64,000 bases of DNA from Octopus sinensis (GCF_006345805.1 NC_043000.1:33356001-33420000), one strand, 5' to 3'; counted from the first letter of the stretch, positions 34,788 through 47,572 are shown. The notes: a model not told the origin generated them from the letters alone. A program made the numbers and translations.

Positions 34788-35277
34788 ACATACATACATA
34801 CATACATATATACATACATACATACATACATACATACATACATACATACATACATACATACATACATACATACGTGTGTGTGTACGTGTGTGCGTGTGTC
34901 TTTATGTCTGTGTTTGTCTCCCCCGCCAGCGCTTGAGAACCAGTGTTGGTGTGTTTTCGTGCAGTAGCAGTTCAGCAAAAGAGATCGATAGAACAAGTAC
35001 CAGGTTTAAAAAAATTAAGTCCTGAGGTCGATTCAGTCGACTGGAAATTCTTCAAAGCGATGCCCCAGCATGGCCGCAGTCTACTGACCGAATCAAATAA
35101 AAGATAGAATTATCCGCACGCTGCGTATATTTATGTAGAAATAAAAGTGACGGAAGCCTTGGTCAGAGTTAATTGATCTGAGCCCGAATTGGAATGGTTA
35201 ACCTTTCAGCTTTTTAGTTACGCTTTCATTTTGATTTAAAAGATATTGGACATAACTTCGAGTGAGAACCTCAGCGA

Positions 35278-35350
35278 ATCCCTGTGGCGCAGCGGATAGC
35301 GCACTGGACTTGTAATCCAGAGGCCGTGCGTTCGAATTGCACCAGGGATA
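35278..35350 (+). tRNA. tRNA-Arg(UCU)-derived gene with UGU (Thr) anticodon; cloverleaf intact; function uncertain
   Basis: ATCCCTG TG GCGC AGCGGATA GCGC A CTGGA CTTGTAA TCCAG AGGCC GTGCG TTCGAAT TGCAC CAGGGAT A; 8 substitutions versus copy 3, and all stems still pair. Confidence 0.7.
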
Positions 35351-35410
35351 GTTTGAAATTCCAGCTCTTTTGTTTTTATTGGACATAACTTCGTGTGAGA
35401 AGCTCAGCGA

Positions 35411-35483
35411 ATCCCTGTGGTGCAGCGGATGGCGCACTAGACTGCTAATCCAGAGGATGTAGGTTCGACTCACATCAGGGGTA
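35411..35483 (+). pseudogene. tRNA-Arg(UCU)-derived pseudogene with GCU anticodon
   Basis: Tandem 133-bp duplicate of 35278-35350; one mismatch in the anticodon stem and two in the T stem; no Ser-type long variable arm. Confidence 0.75.
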
Positions 35484-36699
35484 GATTCTAGCTCCAGTTC
35501 TTTTGTTTTTTTTCTTCTTTTTTTTAACGAACAACTTGAAGAATGAAATGATCGGGTGTTTTAGACCGTTGCTATATTTTTTCTTTCGCCACGATTTACT
35601 TTTCTAGTTTTTATCAACCACCGTGATGTATGGGAAATCTATCGCTGAAATATGTACTAGAGAAAATAAGTGTCGTAATCTGGATTCATGAGACATGAGT
35701 TCAAATTCGTTGCAATTAATTTTGCACTGTTTAGATATTCATACGCTACAAATGATCCCGATATCAGGAACAATGATAACCTACAAGCCTTTTTCAAGAT
35801 TTAAAAGATGGCGATCAAATCACGTTACTTTCCTTCACAACCTTGCCACCAAGGCGGTGGCAGGTCAAAATTTAATCCAAACTAAAAAGAGAAAGAGAAC
35901 GCGCGCGCGCACACACGCACACACATAGAGTTTTTAATGCAAGATGGAATGAACATGCTTTAATGCAAATCTCAACAATTGTTTCTATGCTGAGTTTTCA
36001 TATTACACATATAATATAAGTATTTTATAAACATGATCCAGCAATAGCACGTCATCAGATGAGTGTACTGTATATTAATTGAAATTCATTGGGGATATGG
36101 TACTGTGTTGTAATGTGAAACGTTTTCCTCTTCGCTTCTTTGGATATGTGGATCTATATTTACGGTCAGCACCGGATAGACACACGAATGTGGAGAGGAA
36201 ACTTTGGAGAATTATTGACGTTCTTGTGACAAATTAAGGACGTGGAAAGGAGAAAAGTGGGGTAAATTGGGCGGGTTTATGTGGAAGAGAGGAACAATGT
36301 GCTTGTGTAAAAGGATTAGTTGTCGTTGTATTAGCAGTTGAAGAACGAGGATTAACAGCTAAACATGTGTTTAACCATATAATCCTGTCTTTATTTAAGG
36401 GGTAGTGGTGGAATATTGGAAAATGCAAAACTGGGAGCATTATGGGGGGAATATATGAGACGGATAATCTTGGACAGAAGATATCTTGAATAGAATTGTC
36501 TGGAGTGGGTAGGTGCTTGCGGTTGGCTGGTTCTGTAACAAAGGTAACATCAATGACGACAGCAATAACAATGACAGCATTAACAACAACGATGGCGACG
36601 ACGACGACGACGTGAACGACAACATAGCAACAATTAAAACAACAACAACAACAACCAAAATAATAACAATGAAAACGACTATGACATCAGCAGCAGCAC

Positions 36700-37145
36700 T
36701 GGTGGCGCAATGGCCCAGTGGTTAGGGCAGCAGACTCGCGGTCGGAGGATGGCGGTTTCGATTCCCAGACCGCGTGTTGTGTGTGTTTATTGAGCGAAAA
36801 CACCTAAAGCTCCATGAAGCTCCTGCAGGGAATGGTGGCGACCCCTGTTGTACTCTTTCGCTTCAACTTTCTCTCACTCTTTCTTCCTGTTTCTTTTCCC
36901 CGACTTCCTATGCAACCGCTGAGCCTGGATGCGCATTCATCCATCCGTCGATGCTCTCGGTGTCGGTGGGGTTGACCTGCTTTTTCTTCTGCGGGTCTTA
37001 CGAATAGCAAAGGACCACGTTTCGGACGTCTCCCACTACAGAGGCGCGATCTTGCGAGCTCTGGGACGAAGACCGCTACGCTCAAGAGCAGCAGCAGCAA
37101 CAGCAGCAGCAACAGCAGCAGCAGCAGCAAAAGCAACAGCAACAA
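36700..37145 (+). mobile_element. SINE family A, tail variant A1, long (CAG/CAA) tail
   Basis: Head GGTGGCGCAATGGCCCAGTGG; A1 body. Confidence 0.88.
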
Positions 37146-37511
37146 TAAGAACAACGTGACAGAAAGACTGAAGCGTTCGAATGTGTTTCTGTAAATTCGG
37201 TAAAAGGTTGGCAAATATTGTAAAGTTTAATAATTTCGGTTGATAAGGAATAACAGATTCCATACAAGAACATCGCAGTTATTTTGTGGATAGAATCACA
37301 TAAATGAGATTTATGTTATGAAAATTAAACTCATTAATTCCATATTTAATTAATTAAAAAAAATGATCTCGTTTCTGAAAGGATTCCGTTCACCTTTTGT
37401 TCGGAGATGCTTTCTTATTTTCGCTAATTATGACAACTAGAACTTAAATACAAAATTAATTAATCAGCTTCGTCTGCTCTTGACAGATAATCACTTGTTG
37501 GTACTGGGTGT

Positions 37512-37552
<41 letters not shown>

Positions 37553-39061
37553 TAGTAGTAGTAGAAGCAGCAGCAGTTGTTTTTGTTGTGATGTGACAGC
37601 GGTGGTCTTTTATTGTGGTGATTGTGTGTTTGTGTGTTAGGTTACAAGATCAGTTGCCAGTTGTTGAGACTCTCATATTTATGTGAGTTGTGTAGATTAA
37701 GTGTTGTGTGGGTTGAGGTGCTGAAGCAAACCGCTTTTGCTTAGGATATGAACCGCGACGAACAAGGTTGCGTTTAGCAGGATTTTGTTTTGCAGAGTCT
37801 TGTCTAGTTGGGTTGTTGAGTCTTGTCTAGTTGGGTTGCCCTAGCTTAACAAGGTTGTGTCTTCCTGGGTTGTTCAGAGCAGGGTTATTATTTTTTTTAC
37901 TATTAATAAAGTTATGACCCTCTTATTGTTTTTTTATGTTTTATTTTTGTTGTTCTCTGTCACACTTTGCGCTCCAGTTATTATTGTGGCTTTCATAACC
38001 GTCCTACCGCCTGATTGTTTCAATTTCTAAGACTTTTTTTTTATCTCGACATTTTTTTGATTTTTTCTTCCAAGCAATGCTTTGCTCTGAAAGGATTTAA
38101 ACATCTTTCGGAAGGCAGCGATTTTTGCGGAAATGTCTTTTGTAAATTAAAGATGGAGCGAAACAATAAGAATTAATAATGATTTCAAATTTTGGCACAA
38201 GGCCAACAACTTCGTGGGGAGTGAACAAGTCGATTACATCGACCCCAGTTTTCAGCTTGTACATAGAGCCCGAAAGGATGAAAGCAAAGTCAATCCCGGC
38301 GGCATTTGAGCACAAAACGAAATGCTGATAAGCTTTCTGCCTGCTGTGCTAACCATTCTGCCGGTTCGCCTTAAAGAATTAATATTGATCGACGACGAAT
38401 ATTATTTGCTCAATGGTAACAAGTGCAGATAACTTCAGATTGTTTATTCTTGTTAGCGATGTATCATAGATGTGTGTTCGGGCATGCGCACGCATATATA
38501 TACATACATGCATACACACTCATACGTACGTATGTATGTATGTATGTATGTATGTATGTATGTATGTATGTATGTATGTATGTATGTATGTATGTATGTC
38601 AGCGTTCTTTACCAAAATATTTGTGACAGAATCTGTAGGTTTATACTCAAGTGTATATTTGCTAATATTGAAAGAGCAATTTAGCCTCAACGTATCTAAC
38701 CAGGTGTGACAGGTGTAACAGGTGAATTACTAGAATTGACTACGGCTGCTTCTCGGGTCTATGGTGTCTCATATCGAGTCTATATGGCCTCAGTATTTAA
38801 GTAATGATACGTCCATGCTGGAATAACGACACAGCCAACTTGCAGCTCTTTTTCATATATATATATAAACAATAGAAAAATAACCTGTGGAAACATTATC
38901 TTGGCGAGAAGGCCGCTACGAGCAGCAGGAACTAATGCACAGACCTAGCAATACATTAATACACAGCTAGCACCGAATTGCACACATCCTATTTAACAGC
39001 AAATTAAGGAACAGAGAACAAGATGTGAAGCTCCGTTTGGCCTAAGCAGTTATTCAGTATA

Positions 39062-39449
39062 TTGTGGAGGCGCAATGGCCCAGTGGTTAGGGCAGCGGAC
39101 TCGCGGTCGTAGGATCGCGGTTTCGATTTCCAGACCGGGCATTGTGAGTGTTTATTGAGTGAAAACACCTAAAGCTCCATGAGGCTCCGGCAGGGATGGT
39201 GGTGATCCCTGCTGTACTCTTTCACCACAACTTTCTCTCACTCTTACTTCCTGTTTCTGTTGTACCTGTATTTCAAAGGGCCGGCCTTGTCACGCTCTGT
39301 GTCACGCTGAATATCCCCGAGAACTACGTTAAGGGTACACGTGTCTGTGGAATGCTCAGCCACTTACACGTTAATTTCACGAGCAGGTTGTTCCGTTGAT
39401 CGGATCAATCGGAACCCTCGTCGTCGTAACCGACGGAGTGCTTCCATCA
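39062..39449 (+). mobile_element. SINE family A, tail variant A2
   Basis: 11-bp TSD TATTCAGTATA at 39051-39061 and 39450-39460. Confidence 0.9.
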
Positions 39450-39747
39450 TATTCAGTATAACTGCAATGTCATGATAAACAAACGTTTACACCAAATTCT
39501 TTAACTACACAGACTTCTAATAAAAATATCGCTATGATCTCTTAGAGTAATAAGAGAAATTTGAAAAGTACATAAAACTTCATCGGCTCCAGCTCGTATC
39601 CGAACGCTGGGTTCGTCAGTTTCCATCCAGTTTTCTCGGCTGATCTTTGTGCCGAAAGTGATTTTTAGAGTCCAAGTCAGTGTTGAAAAAGTCGTGGGCA
39701 GAACTTACACAGGATGGTCGGTGCAGGTCGAGGATGTTGAAGACGCT

Positions 39748-39984
39748 CTTTTCTTCTGGCGAGCTGGCAGAAACGTTAGCACGGTGGGCGAAATGCGTAG
39801 CCGTATTTCGTCTGCCGTTACGTTGTGAGTTCAAATTCCGCCGAGGTCGACTTTGCCTTACATCCTTTCGGGGTCGATAAATTAAGTACCAGTTACGTAC
39901 TGGGGTCGATATAATCGACTTAATCTGTTTGTCTGTACTTGTTTGTCCTCTCTGTGTTTAGCCCCTTGCGGGCAGTAAAGAAAT
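39748..39984 (+). mobile_element. SINE family B
   Basis: GGCGAGCTGGCAGAAACGTTAGC...GCAGTAAAGAAATAG. Confidence 0.88.
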
Positions 39985-40330
39985 AGCTCTTTTCTTCTGC
40001 ATTTTGCCTCCTCATTCTTTTGTCTGTCCTGCTCGAAGTAGCTGACTCCATTGGGGATAGCAGTCCTCCATGTTATCCTATCCATGGCAATCTGTTCCAA
40101 TGAGGATAGCTTGATGTTAGTTTGAGCCAGAGTCCGTTTGAGATGGTCTTTAAAACGCAATTTCAGACCTCCTATGGATCTTGTTCCGATTGCAAGTTCT
40201 CCGTAGAGCATGCTCCTTCGGAGACGAGAGGGCTCTATACGCTGGTGAAGTATGGTGGCTTCGACACTTGGTAGTGCAGCAATACAAGGCGCTTGAAGTC
40301 ACGGCGGTAAAACGTCCAAGTCGCACAAGC
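39985..40330 (-). mobile_element. RTE-BovB-like LINE fragment
   Basis: ORF 39882-40211 reads MLYGEL..GTRSIGG.KLRFKDHLKRTL...AMDR.TWR, a BovB-type C-terminal region. Confidence 0.8.
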
Positions 40331-40539
40331 GTAGAGTTGATAGGACAATGGCACAGAAAACCATGATCTTTGTCCGGATGGTCAGCACATGATTGAAGAA
40401 TACACCTTGGCTGAAATTTAAAGTGTACATAAAGGGAGTTAATACTGCTGAAAAAAATCAGAGTTATGCCCCTTAGCCATTACGACAACTTTCAATTAAC
40501 ACGTTGTCATAAAAGGAAACCAAATGAACTTTTTCTTCT

Positions 40540-40735
40540 ATAGGCACAAGGCTTGAAATTTTAGGGCAGAAGCACGTCGATAACATCGACCCCTGTGCTC
40601 AACTGGCACTTATTTTATCGACCCTTAAAGGATGAAATTCATCAGTGGAATTTCGACTCAGAATGTAAAGCCGGAAGAAATACCGCTAAGCATTTTGTCC
40701 GGTGTGCTAACGATCCTGCTAGCTCGCCGCCTTAA
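40540..40735 (-). mobile_element. SINE family B, degenerate
   Basis: Reverse head AAGGCGGCGAGCTAGCAGGATCGTTAGCACACCGG. Confidence 0.7.
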
Positions 40736-41023
40736 CAACAACAACAACAATGATGAGGATAATGACAATGCCTGAAAATAAAACAATGCCCGAGCAACTA
40801 CTTTTAAGAGCTGCCTTAAACCGCAGGTGCTTTATTTTCAGAATTCGTATACGGATCAAACTGATAATGGAAGAAGTAATATTTTCTTGAGAAATACACA
40901 ATGTAACAATAATTTCTACAGATATACAGTACAACATAACAACGGACACCTACAAACTTACGGCACCATGATACATGGAACCGAAGTTTAAATGTCTTCA
41001 ACTGATAAATCCCGAAAATTTTC

Positions 41024-41316
41024 GGATCTTTTCACTTTGACCGGCAGATTTTTAAAATAATTTCTTTGTAACTAAACACTTTTAAACTGATAGTGTGTTA
41101 CATAAAATATCTTTTTCTCTTGGCTTTCTTGAGAAAATTCTGTAGTTTGTAAGCTATTTGTTGTTTAATATCTTGCATTTTAGCAATTTCAGCCTATCAA
41201 TGAGGTCTATTGAGGTGAATACAATTTCTGCCGTAGTTTGTCAGTATACGAAGTTTAAAAGTGTTTAGTTACAAAGAAATTATTTTAAAAATCTGCCGGT
41301 CAAAGCGAAAAGATCC
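41024..41316. mobile_element. MITE with ~70-bp TIRs, GG termini and 8-bp TSD (Merlin-like)
   Basis: GGATCTTTTC(A/G)CTTTGACCGGCAG...CTGCCGGTCAAAGCGAAAAGATCC; TSD AAATTTTC at 41016-41023 and 41317-41324. Confidence 0.9.
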
Positions 41317-41519
41317 AAATTTTCTGCTGATTCTCAGACACATCTATGCATAGAACTGGTGCCACACATCAGATGCACCAGTTGCTTCTCAACTGTTTCC
41401 ATTCTGCTTCTGAATTCTGTTTCGCATCTCCTGAGGACAACGGGTATCTACTTGGGGGAAGAAACCGTTGGAGCCCCAAAACGCAACTAAAAATGTAGAT
41501 TATGTTATATTTCTGTCAA

Positions 41520-42125
41520 AGACACGACACCTGCGATTAGCAGTTGTCCCAGAATGTCATCAAGGTACGATGTTGTCGTAAAAAACAATACGCAATACGA
41601 TTAGAAAAAAAAGACTGTCCAGGAATAAATATAAGATCTCGGTTCTACAACTGAATACAAAACACAAATACCCGTACAAGAAATACTAGAGGAACATTCC
41701 CCTCAAAACATCTGTCAAGTGTAAACATAACAGGCCGGACATTGTTGCTTGCGACGGACAGTAAAATTGTTTATATCATCATAAAGGCCGGCTGTCAAAG
41801 AAAAAGTGGACAACTACGGACAGCTGTTTCCAAATCTCCAGTTTCTATATCCAGATTATAAATTCACATGTGTACCAATAAGAGTTGATGCTTTTTCTTT
41901 TCTGAATAAATAAATAAGGGGTTTTCAGAAAAAAGAAATCAATCAGCTAATTTGCGCATTACATATACAATCTGTAAGTGGAACAGTAAAAATATGTAAG
42001 ACTTTTCTCAAGTTTAAAATGTAATAAAGTCTTTGTTATCTTCTTTCCAATGATGGGTTTTAAAATCTTTTTTAGAAACCAGCTTCTTCCAGAGAGGAAG
42101 ATTTCAAATAATCAAAAATAGAAGA
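41520..42125 (+). mobile_element. RLE-type LINE 3' part, related to 34000-34787, degenerate
   Basis: Shares AGCAGTTGTCCCAGAATGTCATCAAGGTACGA, CAGGCCGGACATTGTT and TCTGTAAGTGGAACAGTAAAA..AAGACTTTTCTCAAGTT. Confidence 0.75.
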
Positions 42126-42134
42126 GAAAATATA

Positions 42135-42407
42135 TACATATACGGCTGTATACATACATACATACATACATACATACATACATACATACAAATATACATA
42201 CATACATGCATACATGCATACATGCATACATACATACATACATACAAACATACATACATACATACATACATATATGCATGCATACATGCATGCATGCATA
42301 CATACAAACATACATGCATAATACATACATACATGCATACATACAAACATACATACATGCATACATACATGCATACATGCATGCATACATACAAACATAC
42401 ACACATA

Positions 42408-42438
<31 letters not shown>

Positions 42439-42750
42439 CATGCATACATACATGCATGCATACATGCATGCATACATACATACAAACATGCATGCATACA
42501 TACATACATACAAACATACTTACATACATACATACATGCATACATGCATACATGCATGCATACATGCATACATACATGCATGCATACATACATACAAACA
42601 TACATACATACATACATACATACATACATGCATACATGCATGCATGCATACATACATACATACATACATACAAACATACATAAATACATACATACATACA
42701 TACATCATACATACATACATACATACATACATACATACATACATACATGA
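42135..42750. repeat. Compound (CATA/CATG/CAAA)n tetranucleotide array
   Basis: Seen directly in the sequence. Confidence 0.95.
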
Positions 42751-42751
42751 T

Positions 42752-43130
42752 ATTTACCCCCCTCGTTATCGAGTATGGCCATTTCACAATGGTGCTGTGA
42801 TCGAATGTGACTTTTTAGCCCAGCTAAAGATCTACAATGTCTTGTACAGAATTGGCAACTAAAAACCTTTACCGGCAATAGCTGGCTGTAGTTGTAACTG
42901 GGCTTCATGTACTTTATGACTACGAAGATGACTCTTGAGTCCAGCTTTACTGAGGCAGGGTCTTGCACAGACACTGCATGTCAGCATCATAGGAAGACCC
43001 TTACCGCCTGGAAGTGCAACAGTGAAGCCATTCCTGACATCCTTCCTTACTTTCTCATGCGTAATTCAAGATTTCTCAAAAGTAGGTGTCTCCTCGTACA
43101 CAATCCTTCTCCACCTGCTACGATCAATAG
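42752..43130 (-). mobile_element. RTE-BovB-like LINE 3' end
   Basis: FSCQFCTRHCRSLAGLKSHIRSQH C2H2 finger followed by MAILDNEG and an (ATGT)n run. Confidence 0.75.
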
Positions 43131-43286
43131 CTACATACACACACACTTGCATACATACATACATAAATACATACATACATACATACATACATACATACAT
43201 ACATACGCACACACACATATACATATATACATATATACATACATACATATACACATACATATACACATTCCTATGATGCTGACATA

Positions 43287-43705
43287 GGCGCAGGAGTGGC
43301 TGTGTGGTAAGTAGCTTGCTTACCAACCACATGGTTCTGGGTTCAGTCCCACTGCGTGGCATCTTGGGCAAGTGTCTTCTGCTATAGCCTCGGGCCGACC
43401 AATGCCTTGTGAGTGGATTTGGTAGACGGAAACTGAAAGAAGCCTGTCGTATATATATATGTATATATATATATGTATATGTATGTATGTATGTGTATAT
43501 GTTTGTCCCCCCACCATCGCTTGAAAACCGATGCTGGTGTGTTTATGTCCCCGTCACCTAGCGGTTCGGCAAAAAGAGACCGATAGAATAAGTACTGGGC
43601 TTACAAAGAATAAGTCCCGGGGTCGATTTGCTCGACTAAAGGTGATGCTCCAGCATGGCCGCAGTCAAATGACTGAAACAAGTAAAAGAGTAAAAGAGTA
43701 AGAGT
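43287..43705 (+). mobile_element. SINE family C, full length
   Basis: GGCGCAGGAGTGGCTGTGTGG...GAAACAAGTAAAAGAGTAAAAGAGTAAGAGTA. Confidence 0.92.
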
Positions 43706-43707
43706 AT

Positions 43708-43742
<35 letters not shown>

Positions 43743-44373
43743 CATTGTTATTTTTGTCACGGCGAATGGTCCATATAGTGTTATCTCTGGTGGTTCGCCT
43801 GTCTGTATATCAAACTTGTTGAATATTCTCCCGTTGTCACGTCTCAGGAAAGAGATGATTCACACGAATACCAGAGGAAGTTATTTTATTTTAAGAAGTT
43901 GAGACAGGCGGGGAGGGGGGGGGGGGCAAGCGCTGTCACTGTTTCGAGGTTAATAAAAAATAATCGGTAATTCCGGTTGCCCGAGGGGCAAACAACGTCA
44001 GTTTGTTTATCTCTTTGATGGACGTAATTAATATATGGGGGAATGATTGCAGTAATCGAAGTGCGTGAGGAAAAAAAAAAACGATTAGAATCGGTGGGGC
44101 TTAGGGCCTACCTGGATGGTTTGTGACATTTGTGTGTGGGGAAAAGTGAAAGCGGGAGCTCAGTAACGGCGCCTAAAATATAAAGGGAGCTTTACCAGGG
44201 TGTGTAAGAGGAGGTGGCCAGGACTGGATAACTTGTCCCAGAGCAACTCTCACTGAGCGTAATCGGAATAGCAGATGTCTTCGCGTCTTGTCTTGATTGA
44301 GGTGGCATTTGTTGTTGTTGTGTGGGCAGGGGATTTGCAGTGTTGTTTGGGGGAAAAGACGTAGACGATAATC

Positions 44374-44730
<357 letters not shown>

Positions 44731-44957
44731 TTTAAAACAATTCCTTCTTGGAATAACCCTATTGGGTTAGTTCGTTAATGGTAAGAAATATTCAACCCAG
44801 AACACAAATGGTTCGACTCCGTATCGTGAAACCATTCTCCATAATTTTCACTCAAAAGACAGCAGCAGTTTATACGGCATATTTTTTTTACAAGAAATAC
44901 TACAACCAAAAAATGCCTGTAAGGTTGGCTGTCGTCATTTTAGTAAATTATCTGACA

Positions 44958-45170
44958 GGGCAGCGAGCTGGCCGAATCCTTAGAACGCCGGGCAAAATGC
45001 TTAGCGGCATTTCGTCCGTCTTTACGCTCTGAGTTCAAATTCTGCGAGATCGACTTTGCCTTTCATCCTTTCGAGGTCGATAAAATAAGTTAGTGGTTGA
45101 ACTCTGGGATCGATGCAATCGACTTAGCTTCTGCCTTGAAATTACTGGCCTTGTGCCAAAATTCGAAATC
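44958..45170 (+). mobile_element. SINE family B, diverged
   Basis: GGCAGCGAGCTGGCCGAATCCTTAG...GATCGACTTTGCCTTTCATCC. Confidence 0.75.
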
Positions 45171-45404
45171 CCTAAATTAGGTGACATAGAACTGTTGCTG
45201 CTGCTGCTGCTGTGAACGAATACTATATATGAGCAGCAATGAAATAAGTGAGTGCGAGTTCGTATCGTTGGCACGCCATGGATGTAGTTTGTCTTATCTT
45301 CGCATCGGCAAATTATGTGTTGGGTGGATATGGATAATATCTGCAGTTTGAACAAATGAAAAATGTAATTGGCGGCCCATGATATTCAAATTTCTGGACG
45401 ATAC

Positions 45405-45481
45405 CTGATGATAATGGCGATGAAGATGATGATGATGACGATGATGATGATGATGATGATGACGATGACGACGACGACGAC

Positions 45482-45513
<32 letters not shown>

Positions 45514-45930
45514 CGACGACGACGACGACGATGATGATGATGACGACGACGACGACGATGACGATGATGATGATAATGATGACGACGACGATGACGACGA
45601 CGAAGATGATGACGACGACGACGACGATGATGATGATGATGATGATGATGACGACGATGACGACGACGACGACGTCGACGACGACGATGATGATGATGAT
45701 GATGACGACAACGATGATGATGATGACGATGACGACGACGACGACGTCGACGACGACGACGATGATGATGATGATGATGATGACGACAACGATGATGATG
45801 ATGACGATGATGATGATGATGATGATGATGATGTTGATGATAATGATGATGATGATGATGGCGATGGTGATGATGATGATGATGACGACGATGATGACAA
45901 TAAATATAATGATGATGATGATGATGATGA
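45405..45930. repeat. Compound (GAT/GAC)n array
   Basis: Seen directly in the sequence. Confidence 0.95.
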
Positions 45931-45932
45931 TC

Positions 45933-46085
45933 TCTTGTGGCCTAGTGGCTTGAGTGTTAGACTCACACTCATAAGATCGTAGGTTCGCTTCCTGGACTGG
46001 ACGGTTCATGGGTTGTGTCCTTGAGCCAGTCACTTCATTTCACATTGCTCCAGTCTGCTGAGTTGAGAGTGAGTCCCAGCTGAGT
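45933..46085 (+). mobile_element. SINE family D head and core
   Basis: TGTGGCCTAGTGG...GGTTCGCTTCC...GTGTCCTTGAGCCAGTCACTTCATTTCACATTGCTCCAG. Confidence 0.65.
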
Positions 46086-46529
46086 ATGTTTGACCCTTTA
46101 TCTGTCTCATCCCAATCAGGGGGCTTTTTAGGAGCGAGAAGCTGTACGCCACTTCATTTGAAACCATAGAGAAAAGCAAGCTACATTTTATAACACCGGA
46201 TGAAACCGGTTTGTCCGCGACATCTATAGGATGATGAGGATAAACGAGAGCAGCGTCCGTCCTTCCTATCCTTTTCAATTGGTGCAACCGCATCCATTTA
46301 GTGTAAAGACAGGTTACCAATGAAGACAGTTTACACGTACCTTTTTTTTTACCGACTGATAATATTTCCGGCTATAAATGCTTGTATTGTGTTGGTGGTG
46401 TTTTCTCTCTTACAGCAACGTTGGTTGAGCTTCGGTTCGTTGTCGGTCTTCCGGCATGAAGAAAAACTAATTGGATTCGACGGCGGAATGGAAAATTCTG
46501 ATCTGTTTTTTTTTTTTTTCAAATTGTAT

Positions 46530-46915
46530 ACAACAACGACGACGACAACGACAACGACGACGACGACGACAACAACAACGACAACAACAACAAGAACAAC
46601 AAGAACAACAAGAACAACAACAAAGCAACCACGACAACAACAACAAAAGCAACAACAAGAACACCATCACTACCACCACCACCACCACCACCACCACCAC
46701 TACCACCACCACCACCACCCACCACCACCACCACACCACCACCACCACCACCACCACCACCACCACCACCACCACTACCACCACCACCACCACCACCACC
46801 ACCACCACCACCACCACGACCACCATCACTAATACCAGCAGCAGCTGCAGCAACAACAACAACAACAACAGCAACAACAGGAGAATACCAACGGCAGCAG
46901 CAACAGCAACAAAAG
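46530..46915. repeat. Compound (CAA/CGA)(CCA)(CAG) array
   Basis: Seen directly in the sequence. Confidence 0.95.
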
Positions 46916-47388
46916 CTATAATAATGAAAATAACTGGAGGTAATGACAGCCAAAAGATTATGTAACACCTGCAGCTGTTGTCATGGCAACATTTCTAATC
47001 CAGATATTGACAATATTCGTCAAGAAAACGTTTTTTTATTGGAAAATTCAAAAACATTAATCTGTTGTTGTTGTTGTTGGTGTTGTTGTTGATGGTGTTT
47101 GTGTGTGTGTATGTGTGCGTGCATGTGTATGTGTGTGTATATGAGCGTGCATGTGTGTACGATGCAAAAGAGAGGAGAGAGAGAGAGAGAGAGTCAATGC
47201 CGTTGGTTTTATGACATGGAATAAGACGAAAGTCATTGGGGGAAAGTGTGTGTATGTATATATGAGTGAGTGTATGTGAATGTAAGTGTGAGTCTGTGAG
47301 TGTATGTGTGTGTGTAGTGTGCGTAGAGTTTGTGTTTTTACACACACACACACACATACAGTTTGTCGTTCAGGAAGAATGAAAAAGT

Positions 47389-47424
47389 CTTTGACGTTTC
47401 GAGCCTACTCTCTTCGGCAGAAAG
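47389..47424 (-). ncRNA. Hammerhead-like motif, second copy of the 27724 family
   Basis: CUUU-CUGCCGA-A-GAG-AGUAGG-CUC-GAA-ACGU-C-AAAG: 4-bp helix I and GUC triplet; A6 is replaced by C. Confidence 0.4.
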
Positions 47425-47438
47425 GGATGAGAGGAAAA

Positions 47439-47483
<45 letters not shown>

Positions 47484-47530
47484 CGAGAGAGAGCGAGAGA
47501 GGTTGAAAGAGAGAGAGAGAGAGAGAGAGA

Positions 47531-47572
<42 letters not shown>

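Noticed and set aside
38705-38728. Three CAGGTG E-boxes at 9-bp spacing
   Set aside because: Equally explained by a short tandem duplication; no other regulatory evidence.
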